Source: Veleropilina oligotropha
Lineage: Eukaryota
Reading direction: 5' to 3'
Length of the DNA stretch: 64,000 nt
Assembly: GCA_048128005.1 (NCBI GenBank)
Contig: JBEUKZ010000096.1
Coordinates: 248,001 to 312,000, forward strand
The position numbers were made by a program, and so were the translations under genes. Under the pieces are notes generated by a model. It was not told the DNA's origin. It did no database searches and saw nothing but the letters and a program-made list of their open reading frames with translations. This document shows positions 11,748-26,700 of this stretch, piece by piece. The number at the start of each line of letters is the position of its first letter. The first letter of the stretch is position 1.

Positions 11748-14700
11748 CTGAAATACAAACATTATAACTGTGCAACAAATATATTTCTGAATTATATGAC
11801 ACAATCCTGACTGACATCTGTGCTTTACTTTCCAAAATATTAATATGAAGAAAATTTCAATACGTATACACATACAAAATAAAGATTATGTAAAAATGAA
11901 AACATGTAATTATATTTTGCAAGTTATGAAATTTCATAAATTTTTCTTGGGACTGTTGACAATGGGACCACTCTACTTTGGTCCTTGATCACATAATGGT
12001 ACCGTGACGCCATCAAGGTCGATAGCTGGTGTTCTGATATGCAAATTCATTTTGAATTCACATTTCCTAAATAAAGTAATCAATGTACACTCTAATAACA
12101 TCTTAGATCATTGATCACTAATTTTAAAAATATATCGTCTTTGGAGTAAAACGACCAATTCTTTATAAATCACCCAGCGCTGCTGGCCAGTTCGTAACAC
12201 TCACCTCGCTGGGCGTGCGGTCCAGCTCCTCCGCCACGCTCTTCTGCTTGTTCATGTCCATGGAGTTAAACATCTCACACAGGTCTCCGTCTAGCACGCT
12301 CTGAAAGCAGATCAATAGCCTCGGGTTAGGTTACACTCACACAGGTTAAATTCACATGCGTTAGACACACTGGTTAGACTCACACGACAGATCAACATAA
12401 TCCGGTTAGACTCACGCAGGTTAGATTCATACATGTTACACTCACACATGTTACATTCACACGTTAGATTCACACAGGTTACAGCTTAAACTCACACTCA
12501 AACAGGTTGGATTCGCAAGGGTTAGACTTGCACGGCAGATGTCGTACGGTTCGACTCGCGCATGTTAGATTCATACAGCTTAGACTCACACATGTTAGAC
12601 TCAAACAGGTTGGATTCACAAGGGTTAGACTCGCACGGCAGATATAGGTTAGATTCATACGGCAGATCAACACATTCAGGTCAGATCAATAGATACAGAT
12701 TAGACTCATGTGAAGGATCAATGCACACAGAGGTGTAGACTCGAGCGCATCCGACTCACATGGCAGAAGAAACAAAACTGCAGTTCAGTGTCTCGATCAA
12801 TATACAAGATAAGGTTGCAACGTTCATTTTATCGCAGGACTGGAGGTATGGTTAATTACAAAATATTGGTTATGACCTAATGACTTTTAAATCAAATTGT
12901 GAGTCAACCTGGCATTCATCAAGCATGGTCTATCACAGTAGATGCATATTATTATATTATATTAAGGGTAGGCGCGGGTCGACCAATACTATTTTTGCAT
13001 GAAGATATCACTTTTGAGTTTTTGTCATTTTCGGCAATGTTAAATACTATTTTACAATATAGAAATACCTGTTTAATCGAAATTTGTCGAAAATATGTTC
13101 ATTTTGATAGTTTGCTATAGCAACGGTCGCTTTATTTTGTACATTTTTGTACAAAAACATCAAATATACGTCAACTTTGAGCGTACGGAGTTCCGGGAAT
13201 CCATTACGCCACGTCGCCATCTTGGTACTATAATAAACAGATTTTCTCCTTCTATAGCCTCGTTCTGAGTATTTTATTTAGTTCTCTTTAGTTCTGTAGT
13301 TGTATTGAAATAAAACGCAACAGAATCGACCTAGTTTCTGTTTAAATATAGTTTGTATGGGATTCCGAGGAAACCCGCTTCACGATTGGTCAAATCTCGT
13401 CACATGTAATCTCGCGCATGCGCAAAGTGTGTTTTTCACCAGCCATGTGTTTTCTGGATGTTTCGATTAAACTGTGAGTAAATCGTTATAAATTGGGTAT
13501 GAAATGTAGATAACGCGTTATTTTTGCTAATTATCGTTGTTAACATGTCTAATCATTACAAAGAGAGAATAATGAAAGGAATAGAGGCAGGAAGCAGGTC
13601 GTTTCTGACATCGTGGGCGCGGTTGTTGATACTTCAAACATTTCAAATGCATCGCGAATAACGTTCCAAATGAAGCAGTTTCAAATGAAAACTTTTTGAA
13701 TCAAAATGATAAAGCAACCCAGACTTATGTTTGGATGTACAGAAAGATAGCTGCGCGTACTGTAAATATTGACTACATTTCTAAAAGTAAAATTTGTTAT
13801 TTTAAAATTCAAAGGGAGGTTACTATGGTAAATGTACATACATAGGAAGACACGTTGCCAGACGATAATTCCAATGGAATAATTAATATTTCACGACTAA
13901 ATGAAGCTGTTTCTGACCTGTTATGTCCAACTTGTAAAAAAACAAATAAAATTTCAATTTGGAAGATCAATTGAATTGTCAACTTTGATATTGTGACCAA
14001 AAATGTGTATGCACATAATATAGCGAAAAATAAATATGGAGTTTTGGGCGGTAACCATGGCAACCATGAAACTATGGCAACCAAATTTGGTATGTGGCCT
14101 TGTACTAAGCATTTATGCATACTGTCCAAATTTCATGATAATATCTTATGTAGTTTCTGAGATACCGCATACTGTCATTTTTCGACCAACCCCTACCCTT
14201 AAATCAGTATGCTGTTTTACCACAAGTCTCGAAACTATTAAAAATGGTTTTCAAAAACTACAAGTGCAAATTCTTTTAAACTTACCAGATTTGTAGAGTA
14301 GAATGCCCTGGACTGAGCCATATAGGTTTCAAATAAATTGAACAACATAAAAAAGATTTACAGATGTCCATATATGGTAAGTCATGTGACCGAATTGTGT
14401 ACTATTACATATATATGTATAACATACATAAAATAGTCATAAAACATATCAAAAAAGTTCCAGCGCAGTAAACAAGCCATTTTTAACCATGAATAAAATC
14501 ATTTTCTATCTGTTATTTACTCTTTTCTTTATTAACGATTTTTAATAGTAATGCATATACCATAATATCGTAATTTGCCTGTTGCCATGGCAACCACTAA
14601 AAATAAAATATCCAAAATGTGCATGCACACTTGTATTAACCATATATACATCATGTCCAAATTTCATGAAGATATCTGCAATAGTTCTTGAGATATACAA

Positions 14701-17700
14701 TATGACCATTTGTCGACCAGCCCCTACCCTTAAAGCCTGTGATAAATTTTCACAAAGTCTGTTTAAGCAAAGCAAATTTACTGGGAATCGATGCTTACCT
14801 TCACCGGGAAGTAGTACGAGCGGAACGACAGATGGTCACGGCCGCACAGCGGAGGGTGCTCGGATCGCATATGCATCTCCAGGTGTTGAAAGAAGTCATG
14901 ATCCTGCAAATAATCGAGACAGGGTGTTGGTAAATGCAACAGCATGATAAACATTCACAGATTCACATAACACCAGCATTAAAATGTAATATTTTATAAT
15001 ACTAGTATTGATATACAACTGATATTTTAAAGACTGAAGTACATGAATTCAACGCCATTAGAACTGATATTACATGAATGGGTTCAGTTTGGATCGATGT
15101 TGGATTTTTAACACTTCACGGTTACACCATGTTATAGATCCATATTATCATGGGAGACAATCCTCGTCGCCCCGGGGATACTCGCTCACTGATGTGTTAT
15201 GGACAACTGTCACCGCTAATTGAATAAAATACCCAGCCAAGTATTTTAACCTACTCCTGTTAATCAGAAGAATTAGGCGAGAATATTGCGAGTCGTGCCG
15301 TTATCCATTACACCACTGGTAAACATAGATCAAACAATCATATTTATATAGTCTATATCAAAATTGTCTACTAAATTTCCAAAGCATAAATCATGATGTT
15401 ATAAATGTAAAGCAAGTTTCAACTGCTCATAGTGGAGAAGAAATTGACATGCACCCACCTCGTGCGAGGAGAATGGTACCAGCATTCCGATGCCCCCGGA
15501 GAGCGTTGTGTAGACGAGAGACTCGGAGCCCCCAGGGATCAGGGTGGCCTTCTGCAGGGACGTCACCACCTCACCGATGTGGAAATTGGCCACCACATTT
15601 GTCTGTAAAACAAGAACTTGAAATTAACTAATTTAAAAGTAAATATGATATGCATATAATTTCTTATAAAAAAGTTCACATGAAATATCACAGAGGCACT
15701 TTGAATAATTATCGTCTGCAGGCCGAATTGGCTTGCATACAATCTTTTCTTACTGTTTATAAAAACTTTGATACAATCACAAAATTATATTCAGATATCT
15801 TATAATTAGTACTCTGCAGCACCTATGTTACATATGATTTGACGTATATTTAAGTTTATCTTTGATCGTTGCCAAATATGAAAAGTGTAGGTCCAGCGGT
15901 TCGTTGTAGGCAGAATGTATATACTTGAGCATCACACATAGACGGAAAGTCCACGAATATAGCCTTGCCCAAAAATGTTTTGCAACATTGAACAAGCAAT
16001 ATTAAAGACGTACCTTCTGCGATGCGCCATTCAGTAATCCTCGATCCCAGAGAGACTTGTTTCCCGTGGGGTCCTCATCGACATCGTCGGAGACATCTGG
16101 GGGCAGGCGAACCTGGAACAACAAGAAGTTTAACATACACTATAAAATTTATTGAAAACAACCTTATACTGGGGGGGGGGGGGGGGGGCAGGCATGTGTG
16201 AGGGGGAAATGGGGAGGGGGGAATTGGGGGCGCATTTCATCAAAATCACCCGTTTGTAAATGGGTGTGCCCGCTAGTTATATTATAAAGTAGCAAATCCA
16301 CTATATGTAACAAGATCAACAACAATAAACTGTACCGGAAATATCTTTGTATAGAAATTGTTAATATTCTTTTAATATATTCACGAAAGCTTAGTTTTTA
16401 TACAACAAATACTAACAAAGTGGATGTTCCCGAACTTGTCTGCGCCGACGACAGTGTCGTAGTCAAGGAGACAGGAGCATGTGATCCAGCGAGGGTTGGT
16501 GTCATCTCCGAACACTATCAGCTGGTTCTCCTGACGCTTGTAGCGGATGAAGTGGAAGCTCTCCTGGATGTCCGACACAACCACTCGGTTCTCGATGGTC
16601 TGGATACCCATGATGAAGTTGGGAATATGCTTAAAATAACAGAAACAATCATAATTTATTACTGCACATTTTAATAATAATGTAATAAATGGTGTATTTA
16701 CGATTTTAAATCAATGTGTGGCATGACATGGGTTTGAAACTAACGACTTCATCTAATAATTAATATTAACATAAAGGATGGCTATTAAATAAACATTACA
16801 AATCCTTCAAAGTTAATTTGCTAAACACGGTTCTCACTACATTAACAGAATAAACAAATTGTCAATTTTAACCAATATCAAAATCTCACCTTGTTTTCAC
16901 ATTTGCGTAGCATTTTCTTCTTTCCCAGATCGTATATTCGCAGAAACTTTCCGATGCCTATCAGCGATTTCCCTTGGAATGCAGTGATGGCGCCAGGGAC
17001 CTCGTCCACCTGTGTCTTGTGAAGCAGAACGAGCTTCGTGCCGTTGTCGATCAACTGATATGCGTGGATGTAGCCACACAGCAGTGAACGTGGGTTCAAC
17101 ACCAGGTCTTTGCTGGTGCCCACCAGGACAATTGTGTCGTCGCCACGACTGGCAAACTTCAACAGCGCAATGCTGAAATAACAGAGCAACATAAATGAAT
17201 TCATAACGTCAACATATTGAACTAATTTGACAAGAAACAAACGCCTTAGCATAGTTTAAATGTACTATTATATAAAAAGTGATCAATACAGAACTTATTT
17301 CTAGATATTATCTTGCAAAAACCATATTCCCAATCGAGTTTGTATCCCTTCTCATAGCAGCAGTAGACAAGATCCCGTTAGAAAACGGATTCATCCCTCG
17401 CCTTCCGCAATCACTCTGATATAAACTTTAACCAAAATTTCTTCAATATTTATACAAAATAATATTCAATATCATTGCTAGAGTAAAAGGTGGTATCAAT
17501 ATAAGCATCACCAAAGAATACATATGCAATAATGGAACAGAATGGAAATTCACTCAACTCTAACAAAATTTTCTATGTCCACAAACAATAATTTCACATG
17601 TTATTTATATTATAAATCACTTGCAGATGAGGGAGCAGCATCAATATAGTCAACACTAAAGTATATGTATGTAAAACAGTGCCTAGAACAACCCATATGC

Positions 17701-20700
17701 ATGCCCACTGAAAAATTTAAACAAAACTTCAACCAAAATTTCTATGTCCGCAAACACCTATTTTTATGCAATAATTATATTAAATTTAATTCAGCATCAC
17801 TTCCATAGTATCAGATGACATTCATATTATCAATACCAAAGCATATATACACACAAATGTTGTTTCAACAACCCATATACACTCAATGAAAAACTTTAAC
17901 CAGAAACTTTAACCAAAATTTCTATGTTCAAAAACACCTACATTTATGCATTAATTATATTAAACTTTATTCAACCTCACTTCCACAGTACCAGGTGTCA
18001 TCCATATAGCGCCTATAAAAGCATATATAAGCCAAAAAGTATCAAGGGAAAGCTATATACACTCAATTCGAAACATTAACCAAATTGTTTACGGACGTAG
18101 ACGGACGAACATGGCAATAACAATATCCCCTGCTCCCTTCGGGCGGGGGATAAAAATGTTATTGCCTGTATACCATGTAAGAAGTAAATATATGGAGTAG
18201 CTTTCTTAGAAAAAGTAAGGGCTATTCCAGAATTAATTGTATGGGGGGGGGGGGGGGGGCAGAAGGCACTTTTTGTTTAGACCCACCACCCACAAAATTT
18301 AAATTGGTTTATCTTCCACCATGGATAATTTTGAAATGGATAAAAGACCCACCACCTATACATTTTTATCCCCCAGGCTTATAATGCGGGGGTGATGTAG
18401 TCATCAGCATGGTCGTCAGTAATCATTACGTTTCAGGAGGATATCTTTACGACACTTGGTGGGTGTATTAAGGGGAGACACGGCAGTCAAAGTGTAAAAA
18501 ATTGAATAAAATGTTATTTTGGTATTGTTGCCAATTCTGATTATTTAATATTTATTCTTTTTAATTGTTTATTGCTTTATGGAATAAATAATATAAAATC
18601 ATGTTTTTGTGTCTTTATGTATCCATACCTTAAGCCATTATCCGATTTTAATAAAAAATTCGCCAAAAAACCCGTCAAAAAGTCCGATTTTCGATCGTCT
18701 CACGCTCCGTAATGCTTAAGAATAAGTCGGCCATGTTTGGTACTGAAGGAAAGCCCCGGATGTCTATTTACGTTTTGCCTTAGTTTCGTATCAATGGATA
18801 TCTATTGACCACTCAAATTGCTCATAACTACCACTTTGGTAGATCACATTAAATATGCGATCATTTTGCTTCGGGCACATCGATAGGCTAAATCCCGCAC
18901 GTGATCTCAATCCCGATCGCTGATTGGCTGAATAGCATCCCCTCTGTCCAATATGGCCGCCGCTTGTAGTTGCTTTTGAAGCGGGCTGCAGAAACGATGA
19001 GTATTTCGGATATTTTAGGAATAAAAACGAGCAAACGGAAACAAAATTGGGCGATCAAGAGAAAATGTGCTATTTCTACACGTGCAAGGCAGCGCAATAG
19101 AGCTCGCCAATACCGCAACGTTATGAAAACGCCGACCGAATCGACAGTTTTTTTGCGACCCGATTTCCAAATGCGCAATGGTAGAAAATCTAGTCGAACG
19201 CAATTAACGTGTTTTAATTCGATTACAAAAGGCGCAACTAGTAGAAAATTTAGTATGGTTCATTTGACAAGGTTAACCCCTTCAATCACGACCACCAGGC
19301 ATGAAATTGAAATAATGATCGTGGGCACCACGTACAATTTTGTTTTTGCTGAAACACCCAACACCCATACAAATTTAATTGCGGTGCCGTCCGTCCCCCC
19401 CATATGGTTATTTCTGGAATAGCCCTAACTATATATTTATCTCTGATAAACCAAATGATTCCTATCAACCTGCAAAAACTTGATCTACCTGTGTGCTGCT
19501 TCATTTTGCTCCAACGCTATTTTGTCCAGTGTTTCGCCATTGGTCGGGTCGACAATTCGGATCACAGATGCCCACATGCCGCTGCCTGCTTTGGGGGCTC
19601 CAAACACATTGTCAGGGAAGTCCTCGTGGAGGAACGAGGCGGCCATCTCGGCTGCGAGCTCCTGTTCCTCCTCATGGGCTGCTTCGATCATCTCCTGCAG
19701 GCGAGACGACGATAAATAAATAAATCACTTCCATCTTTCTTAGTTTTTATCGCCCTTATAATCATTTGGTAACGAAAAACATGACATATCAAATTATGGA
19801 GGAGCTAGCTTATTTATATGTCAAGACAGCCCTCCACGTTGTTGTGCCCGATATAGAGTGCAGACTTTGAAATCACGGGCTGAATTGCACTTACTAACAG
19901 GAGTGGGTTCGAATCTCGGTTTGGGCATTACCATTCTTTGTTCAATTATCAATAGCAATTGTCCTTAACAGGGTGGGTTTACTCGCATGATAATATGGAC
20001 ATGTTCTGTCTTGAACCTCATGATTATAAAGATACAGGAAATTAAGAATCGATCCATCATGAATGCAATATTTTGTTGCACATGCAATATTGGATTCCAG
20101 CGACATACCGATACAGATACAGACAGAATCCTGCTTAGTAAATGAACTTGCAAATCCAATGTAAACCAAACTTCTGACAGCTAAGTTATAAATAACCCAC
20201 CTCTGCCATCTGCTGTTTCCGCTGAGATCTGGTTTCTTCCGTGTAGGAGTTGTAATCCGTCTCGATGATCACCAGGTTGCTTGAATCCGTATGGATCACA
20301 AACTTCCGAGGTGTGTATTGCAACGGAATGGACACCTGATTAAAGACCGCACCCAACTTCTCCAACGCCAAGATTCTGTAAACAAAATTATTAATAAGTA
20401 AGCGTACATGTATATAATAATTAAACAAGAATGGAATTATTTATGCTCAAACAAGCTAAATTTCAGGTTACTGTAAATCAAGAAATTTTTGCGAGGATAA
20501 AATTTTGGCGAACTTAGCGAGGAAGTAAAATTCGCTAACATTTTATGCCGCTGATATGTCTACTATTATATCCTTATATAAGGGTGGGTGACAAAGAAAT
20601 ATGTTTTTAGCAATGTAATTAATAAACTATCTAACATTGTTCAGAAGTAATGCGTTTTTATTACTTGCCATTTATGTATGAATAAACCATATTTTCACCA

Positions 20701-23700
20701 CTTGTTTTTGTTCAACTTTATTTCGTGAAAGGTCCGCTGAAATCCTTCAAAAACGTGCGTAAAACTTAGGCCCGCCCTTTTGTTTGTCTTTGTTTTAGTC
20801 TCGCCAAAAGGGGAATTCAGTAACAGAAACATATTCATTATTTATCATTTTATTAAACCATATTATTCGATCAGAACCCCATAGCAACAGCCTAATTCTG
20901 ACTAATATATGAAATTAACTTTAATATTAGGAACCGTACACCAAAGAACGGCAGAAACAAACGAGCGTATCAACTTCCTTGCTATAGTTCTCGTTCTACA
21001 GATAACGTATATTCAAGTATTCGCTAAATTTTTATGCCTAATATATTATGGATTACAGTATATTATTACCACTGCAGACTCTCAGGTTTTGTGTCCGTTT
21101 TCTATGACACAAAAAGACAACCCTGCATTTCAGTCTTCTTTAACCCTTAACCGACGATTTCCGACTTTCTACAACACCTATATCTCAATGCTTAATACTT
21201 CGTAAATATTCGGAAATCTTCGGATATTTTCGGGTCATTTCGTTCGTGAATGATCGGGCTACATACATCCTGGTGCTTTTAAATCCACAATGGCGGCAGG
21301 TTAGGTATAGTGAATCGATGTTTGAAATAAAGTTTTAAGGCTTGAAATTGGCCATTTTTCATCGGATTTTTTGCTTTTGATAAACGACATGTGTTTTTAC
21401 ATTTAGTTTGAATTATTTGTAATGGAATATGATTAACTTGTGGCCTAAAAGGCGGATTTTGAACTCTGAAGTGACAATTGACATTTCTGAATCTATAAGA
21501 GAGTGACACTTTTGAGGATGATATCGAGAATTGAAATGGAGATTATGAATGGTATGATCTATCGGTGGACTATTCTTGTACTTGGTTTTATTTAATTATT
21601 AACAATAATAAATCATATAGGCCTAATGGTTAAATATTGCTGTTAATGGTATAAATTTTATATTTGATATAATGTACGTTTGTAGCAAGAAGGCCTATTT
21701 CACATTGCTGTGTTGAGTTTCTTCATACACCTGCCGGATATTTTTTCAAAATCAGACATGAAGACATCATATTGACATAAGATATTCTTTATTATTATAC
21801 ACCAATTTATATTACAAACACAAAGAATACATCAACATGCATCTAAAAAATATAACATACATATGATATGTAAAGCATTTGTTTATCAAATATTTTCTGA
21901 ATTGACATGCATAATGAATATTCCCAAAATACCTGAGAATAAAAGGTAAAAGTGATCAATTATGCACATTTTTTACTCTACAAACAAATTTCAAAGCGCT
22001 ATTATATAGCCTATTCAATTATCTTTCAGAAAATATATAAGTATATGTGCTTGCAAGCAATATTTTATATGGTATAGTACATTATCCATGACAAGCTATA
22101 TACCTCACATTCCGTAAAATTTGGCTGGCGGTTAAGGGTTAAAGACACAACAACTACACAATAATAAATATCTGATCACCGACAAAAATCTTTAATTTAA
22201 ACAGTGATATATAACAGAATTGATTGCTTTATTTTGTGGCCACCGATAAAAGCGGCATGTTCTGGGGTGGGGGGGTGGCGGGGGGGGGGGGGGGGAAGCC
22301 TGAGATATTTTACTGGAAAAACCATTACCTGTGAGTGTTGCGGCAGATGAATAACTAACCTGAGCGTGTTGAGCGAGATGGCGACGATGCCCTCCGGACA
22401 CTGCTCCGAGGCGAATCCGGAGGCATACTCCAGCGTCTCGTAGGACAGCGGCGTCAGGTGGAAGCGGCTCTGGTATGTGTAGCTCAGCCAGGACCGACTC
22501 GACATCGCCAACACCTACAAGGCAGATATGGAAATCAACAATAATATTGGATATTGGTTTCTTTGGATCGATGCATAATATTCCATTTAAATACCCTTCC
22601 GGAAAGAAAAGGAAGGGAAAGGATCGATGCTTATTGTCCTGTATATTTCCAATCATCATTTGGTTCAAACCAGGACGTCGGTATTATCGCGGGAGGAAAG
22701 CCCAGTCGCCCGGGTAAACCCGCCCTCTTCGAAATACCCTTCAGGGTTGTATCAGGTTATTTCCAAATTACTGTAGAATGAAATCCGTGTTGCCAGGAAA
22801 ATCCGCTCTCCTGAAGCCAGTTATCGACAAATGTGAATGTTAACTGAACTAAGTGTCCAGCCAAGGATTTGACCCTCTCCTGATAATCAGAGCAGTCAAG
22901 CGAGTGAGCCAAGCTCTTATCCAATCCAGTACAGGATGGCCCTTGGTGGATATTGGAATATTAGATATGAGAAACAATAAAAGTCGAGTTTTGACAACAG
23001 GGTTCAAACCTGGAAGAGAATGTGCGATATTTGGATCAGAGCAGATATTATAATCACAGATTTTCATGTGAAACACGGATACTGCAGTACATCATATCCA
23101 AATACAGATTTCACTTAATGTTGTTATTTATGACTACTTTCAATAAGGATTTCACGCTTATACTATTAGGACATACTCAAAATTCTTATCTTGGTTACGC
23201 ATCCTATCACTGGCCACTGCATTAATATCACTGATTAAGCAAAACTGGTACAATTCTACGTGATTTGGTAGTACTAGTAGCAATGTTAAAAGCATACACA
23301 ACCGACCTGCCCCGAATTGGCAGTAACAATGACATTAGCATAAATAAATCCAGATATATTTTTGATAATGCATCTAAAATAGAGTACATTTGCAATGAAG
23401 TTTCCCACCAGAAATGTTTTGTCAATAGAATGTGTTATTCAAAGATATTTACCAATGGTCCAAGACGTGGGACATATCTATCGTTATCAATATTTAAAGA
23501 AAATTTGCCAGTTGGATCAGAGCAGTTTTGTAATCAACAAGTTATCATGTGAAACACGGATACTGCAAAACATCATCTCCAACTGTTGGGCACACAAGTC
23601 ACCTTGATAAATAGGAGAAGGTAAACAACATTGAATTTATCCAAGGCCTTCAAACGCTACATTCCCCACCAGACTTTTCGTGGGACATAAAAATTGCTTT

Positions 23701-26700
23701 GTACAGCAGTTAACAGACTACATTAAAGTGGGACCATGTTAAAAATATTTAATACACAAAATAATGAAATCACTCACAGCCTCTGATCCCTGCATCATAA
23801 TTCGAAACAGCTTCACAGGTCGGGAACCCAGATACCTCGTACGTGTATCCGACATATCTCCAGTCACTGTGTCCAATACTGTTCTCAACAACACGCCATT
23901 CTACGGAAACAATACATTTTGTCAGTTTATCACAAAGATCAGAAAAGAATCATTATAACAGCGAGTCATCTATATTAGTTATTACAACTACAAACAAGAG
24001 GCCTCTTGACCTATATAGCTCCGCTGGAAAAGGTTTGTCAATATAGGCAAACAACTTTAGAAATTTGAGCAGCAGTTCCAAGAAATAACATTGACCAAGT
24101 CCAAATCCTGAATTTCAGCGAAACTGGGAGGTATTTTTCTAATATTCACAGGATAAGTTAAACACATCATATGGAAGGCTCATGCCAATTAAGAGTTTCG
24201 GAGATATTTACATTTGAAGGCACTTTTAAAGATTTATGCTATTTGTACTCTCAGTTGTCATAACCAAAGACTTCGGTCATGTACTCGAAACAATAATGCT
24301 ATAAATCAATAACACAACCGACAATACTGATAAAATAAATCAGTTCAGCAATCTTCGTAACACTCTTTCTTGCCATTCCACTTCATCATTACCTGTAAAC
24401 CGACGTTGAGGAACAGCCCGCTGGCAGTACCTCCCTCCCCAGTGTCCTCCTTGGCCTCCGCGCCACCCATCTCGATGATGCATAGGGACTCTGCTCCCGC
24501 CGGTAACGCCTGCATGCTGAGAGGCGACAGGCAGTCCTGCAAGACAAGCAATTATATTCGCAAAAGTTTGGTTTGGATCAAAGCTTAATATCACATTTTA
24601 ACTTCAGGTTCATAGCAGGCCATGTTCATATTATCGCCAGTGAAAACACACCCTCAAAGGCGAATTATGGACAACCGTGACTGTAACTGAACCAAGAGTG
24701 GGTCGCAATGGATTCGAATCAACTCCTGCTAGACAGACCAGTCAAGCGAACAAATTATAAGTTCATGGTCTTATGCACTCAGATATCGGTGCCACCTCAA
24801 ATAAAATCTCAAAGAATTTAAACTCTCAACATTTGATCAATAATCTAGACATTTCATTCTTCAAATATTGCGAAAAGGGGTAGTCATATCTCAACGCAAA
24901 AGATCCATATGCTGAATGTCGGGGACATCATTATTTTTATTGGCAAAGTAATTTTTCAGAAATAAACTGATTATGCTGTCTGACAGATATATTCTATGTT
25001 GCACCCACCGATGGATCAAGGGAGATGATTCTGACGGTGTTGTCCGAGAGTCCGCACGCTAGGAACCTTGACCTCTGCTCCCCAGCAGGCACGCGACCCA
25101 GCGCCATGCACACCACACTTGACGACATCTCCTTACGCTCCGTGTATTCATTCAGCTGTCCGCTCTGTAATGCAGAAATCACCAGACACATGTACATGAA
25201 TGTTGCCTAAGTGGTAGTATAAGATGGGAATTAATCAGTTAATACGCCATTATAATCTCTTCTGATCGGTCTCTCACAAGTAAAACCTTAACATATCCAA
25301 CATTTTTAATTATTTCAATAATCTTTAATCTCGACTTACGGGGTCCATCTCAAAGTACACGAGCTCCCCGCCGGTGAGCGCGATGACGACCTGGCGCTGG
25401 TTGACGGCACACTTCACGATCGTCTTCTTGCCCGGAGACTTCCACTCGTTCACACGCTTGTCTGAGCGAATATGTCGGATGCCCTCGGGGTAAATCTGAA
25501 TGAAATTGCAGTATTTAAACCTATCCTTGTTTTACATTTCAGTTATTATAGCAAGCATAAAAACATCTATGATGTTAACAAATGAACATATAAGCAACAC
25601 CCAGTCGCTTGTAATGTATTGCTTCAAGACGCATGGTCTTAATGTTGTTGCAGTGAACTATTTGGTTTCCCTGTTGGAGTGAGTGAATAGTTATTTTTAA
25701 ATTTCTGTGACCCAATAGCCAAACATTATCACTAATTCTAATATCGATAGTGATCTGTCAGACAAGACAGTATATTGTACTTGCAACAACATAATGCAAA
25801 ACTAGAAATGTGTCCATGACACGAATGTCCCGTCCCCACTGTTATAGCAGAATGGAGTTACTTGCACGCAAATAATGGTTTTCAGGACGGGAATGGACGG
25901 ATGGACAAGGGTAAATCTAAATTCCCCCCCCCCATTATATTAGTGGGGGCATAATAAAATTCTTGCAATGGGACCTCTGACTTGCAAAAAGGATGCCAAT
26001 TCAAACATCACATTACCTGCACTAAGGCGTCATCTCCCAGCTGGGAGCAGGATATCGTTGGCGTGGTTCCCAAGAAACCGGAGTCTGTCACTTCCTCCAC
26101 GGTCTCTCCGATCGAGAGAACAAGGGTAGCGTTCACGAAGGACACGATAATGTAGGCGTCATATTCATCTGAAAAGGAAATGGAAACCATAACACAAAGC
26201 CTAACACGCGTAATAAGTGTATAATAAGAAATTAATACAATGATCGCAAAACTCTGACTAACTAGAAATGTGTCCATCGGACACGAATGCCCTCACAAGC
26301 AGCCTTGACCGTAGGGGCAGCAAAGATCGGATTTACTTGCACGCAAATAATGGTTTTCGGGATAGGATGGATGTAAAAGAGTAAATCTAAATCCCCCTTA
26401 ATAAATAGGCGAGGGCATAAAAAGTCAAGCGATGACAACAGTAATTTTCGCATGTTAATCCAGGCATTCACGATTATTGTCAAGTATATTTTAAGTTCGA
26501 GATGTTGGCACGTTTAAGATACAGGGTCAAATTTGGCATGTCAATGTTATTGTAGCAGGAAAACCTAAAATATTTGCTGTTAAGCATCTCTTCTTGATGG
26601 ACAACAGTCGCGAGTGAATGCTAAATTTGAATAGAAACAGCGTCAAATGGAGTTACGTTCAGCGGTTCTTCGGATACATTTCTAATACACCTGTCCTTGA

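Noticed and set aside
13809..14947. ORFs repeated near 28000, 30600 and 39000-40170
   Set aside because: Chance ORFs within copies of one non-autonomous element; no recognisable domains.
16170..22300. Long G runs (16170, 18243, 22280) as G-quadruplex elements
   Set aside because: Simple homopolymers, some within repeats, and prone to length error; no supporting context.
23028..23104. SNORD18/U18 identity
   Set aside because: Same rRNA region, but the guide register relative to the D' box points three nucleotides upstream of the U18 target; pending Rfam check.
25590..25700. Possible H/ACA snoRNA (two hairpins plus ACA) in an intron
   Set aside because: No convincing ANANNA hinge and weak stems.
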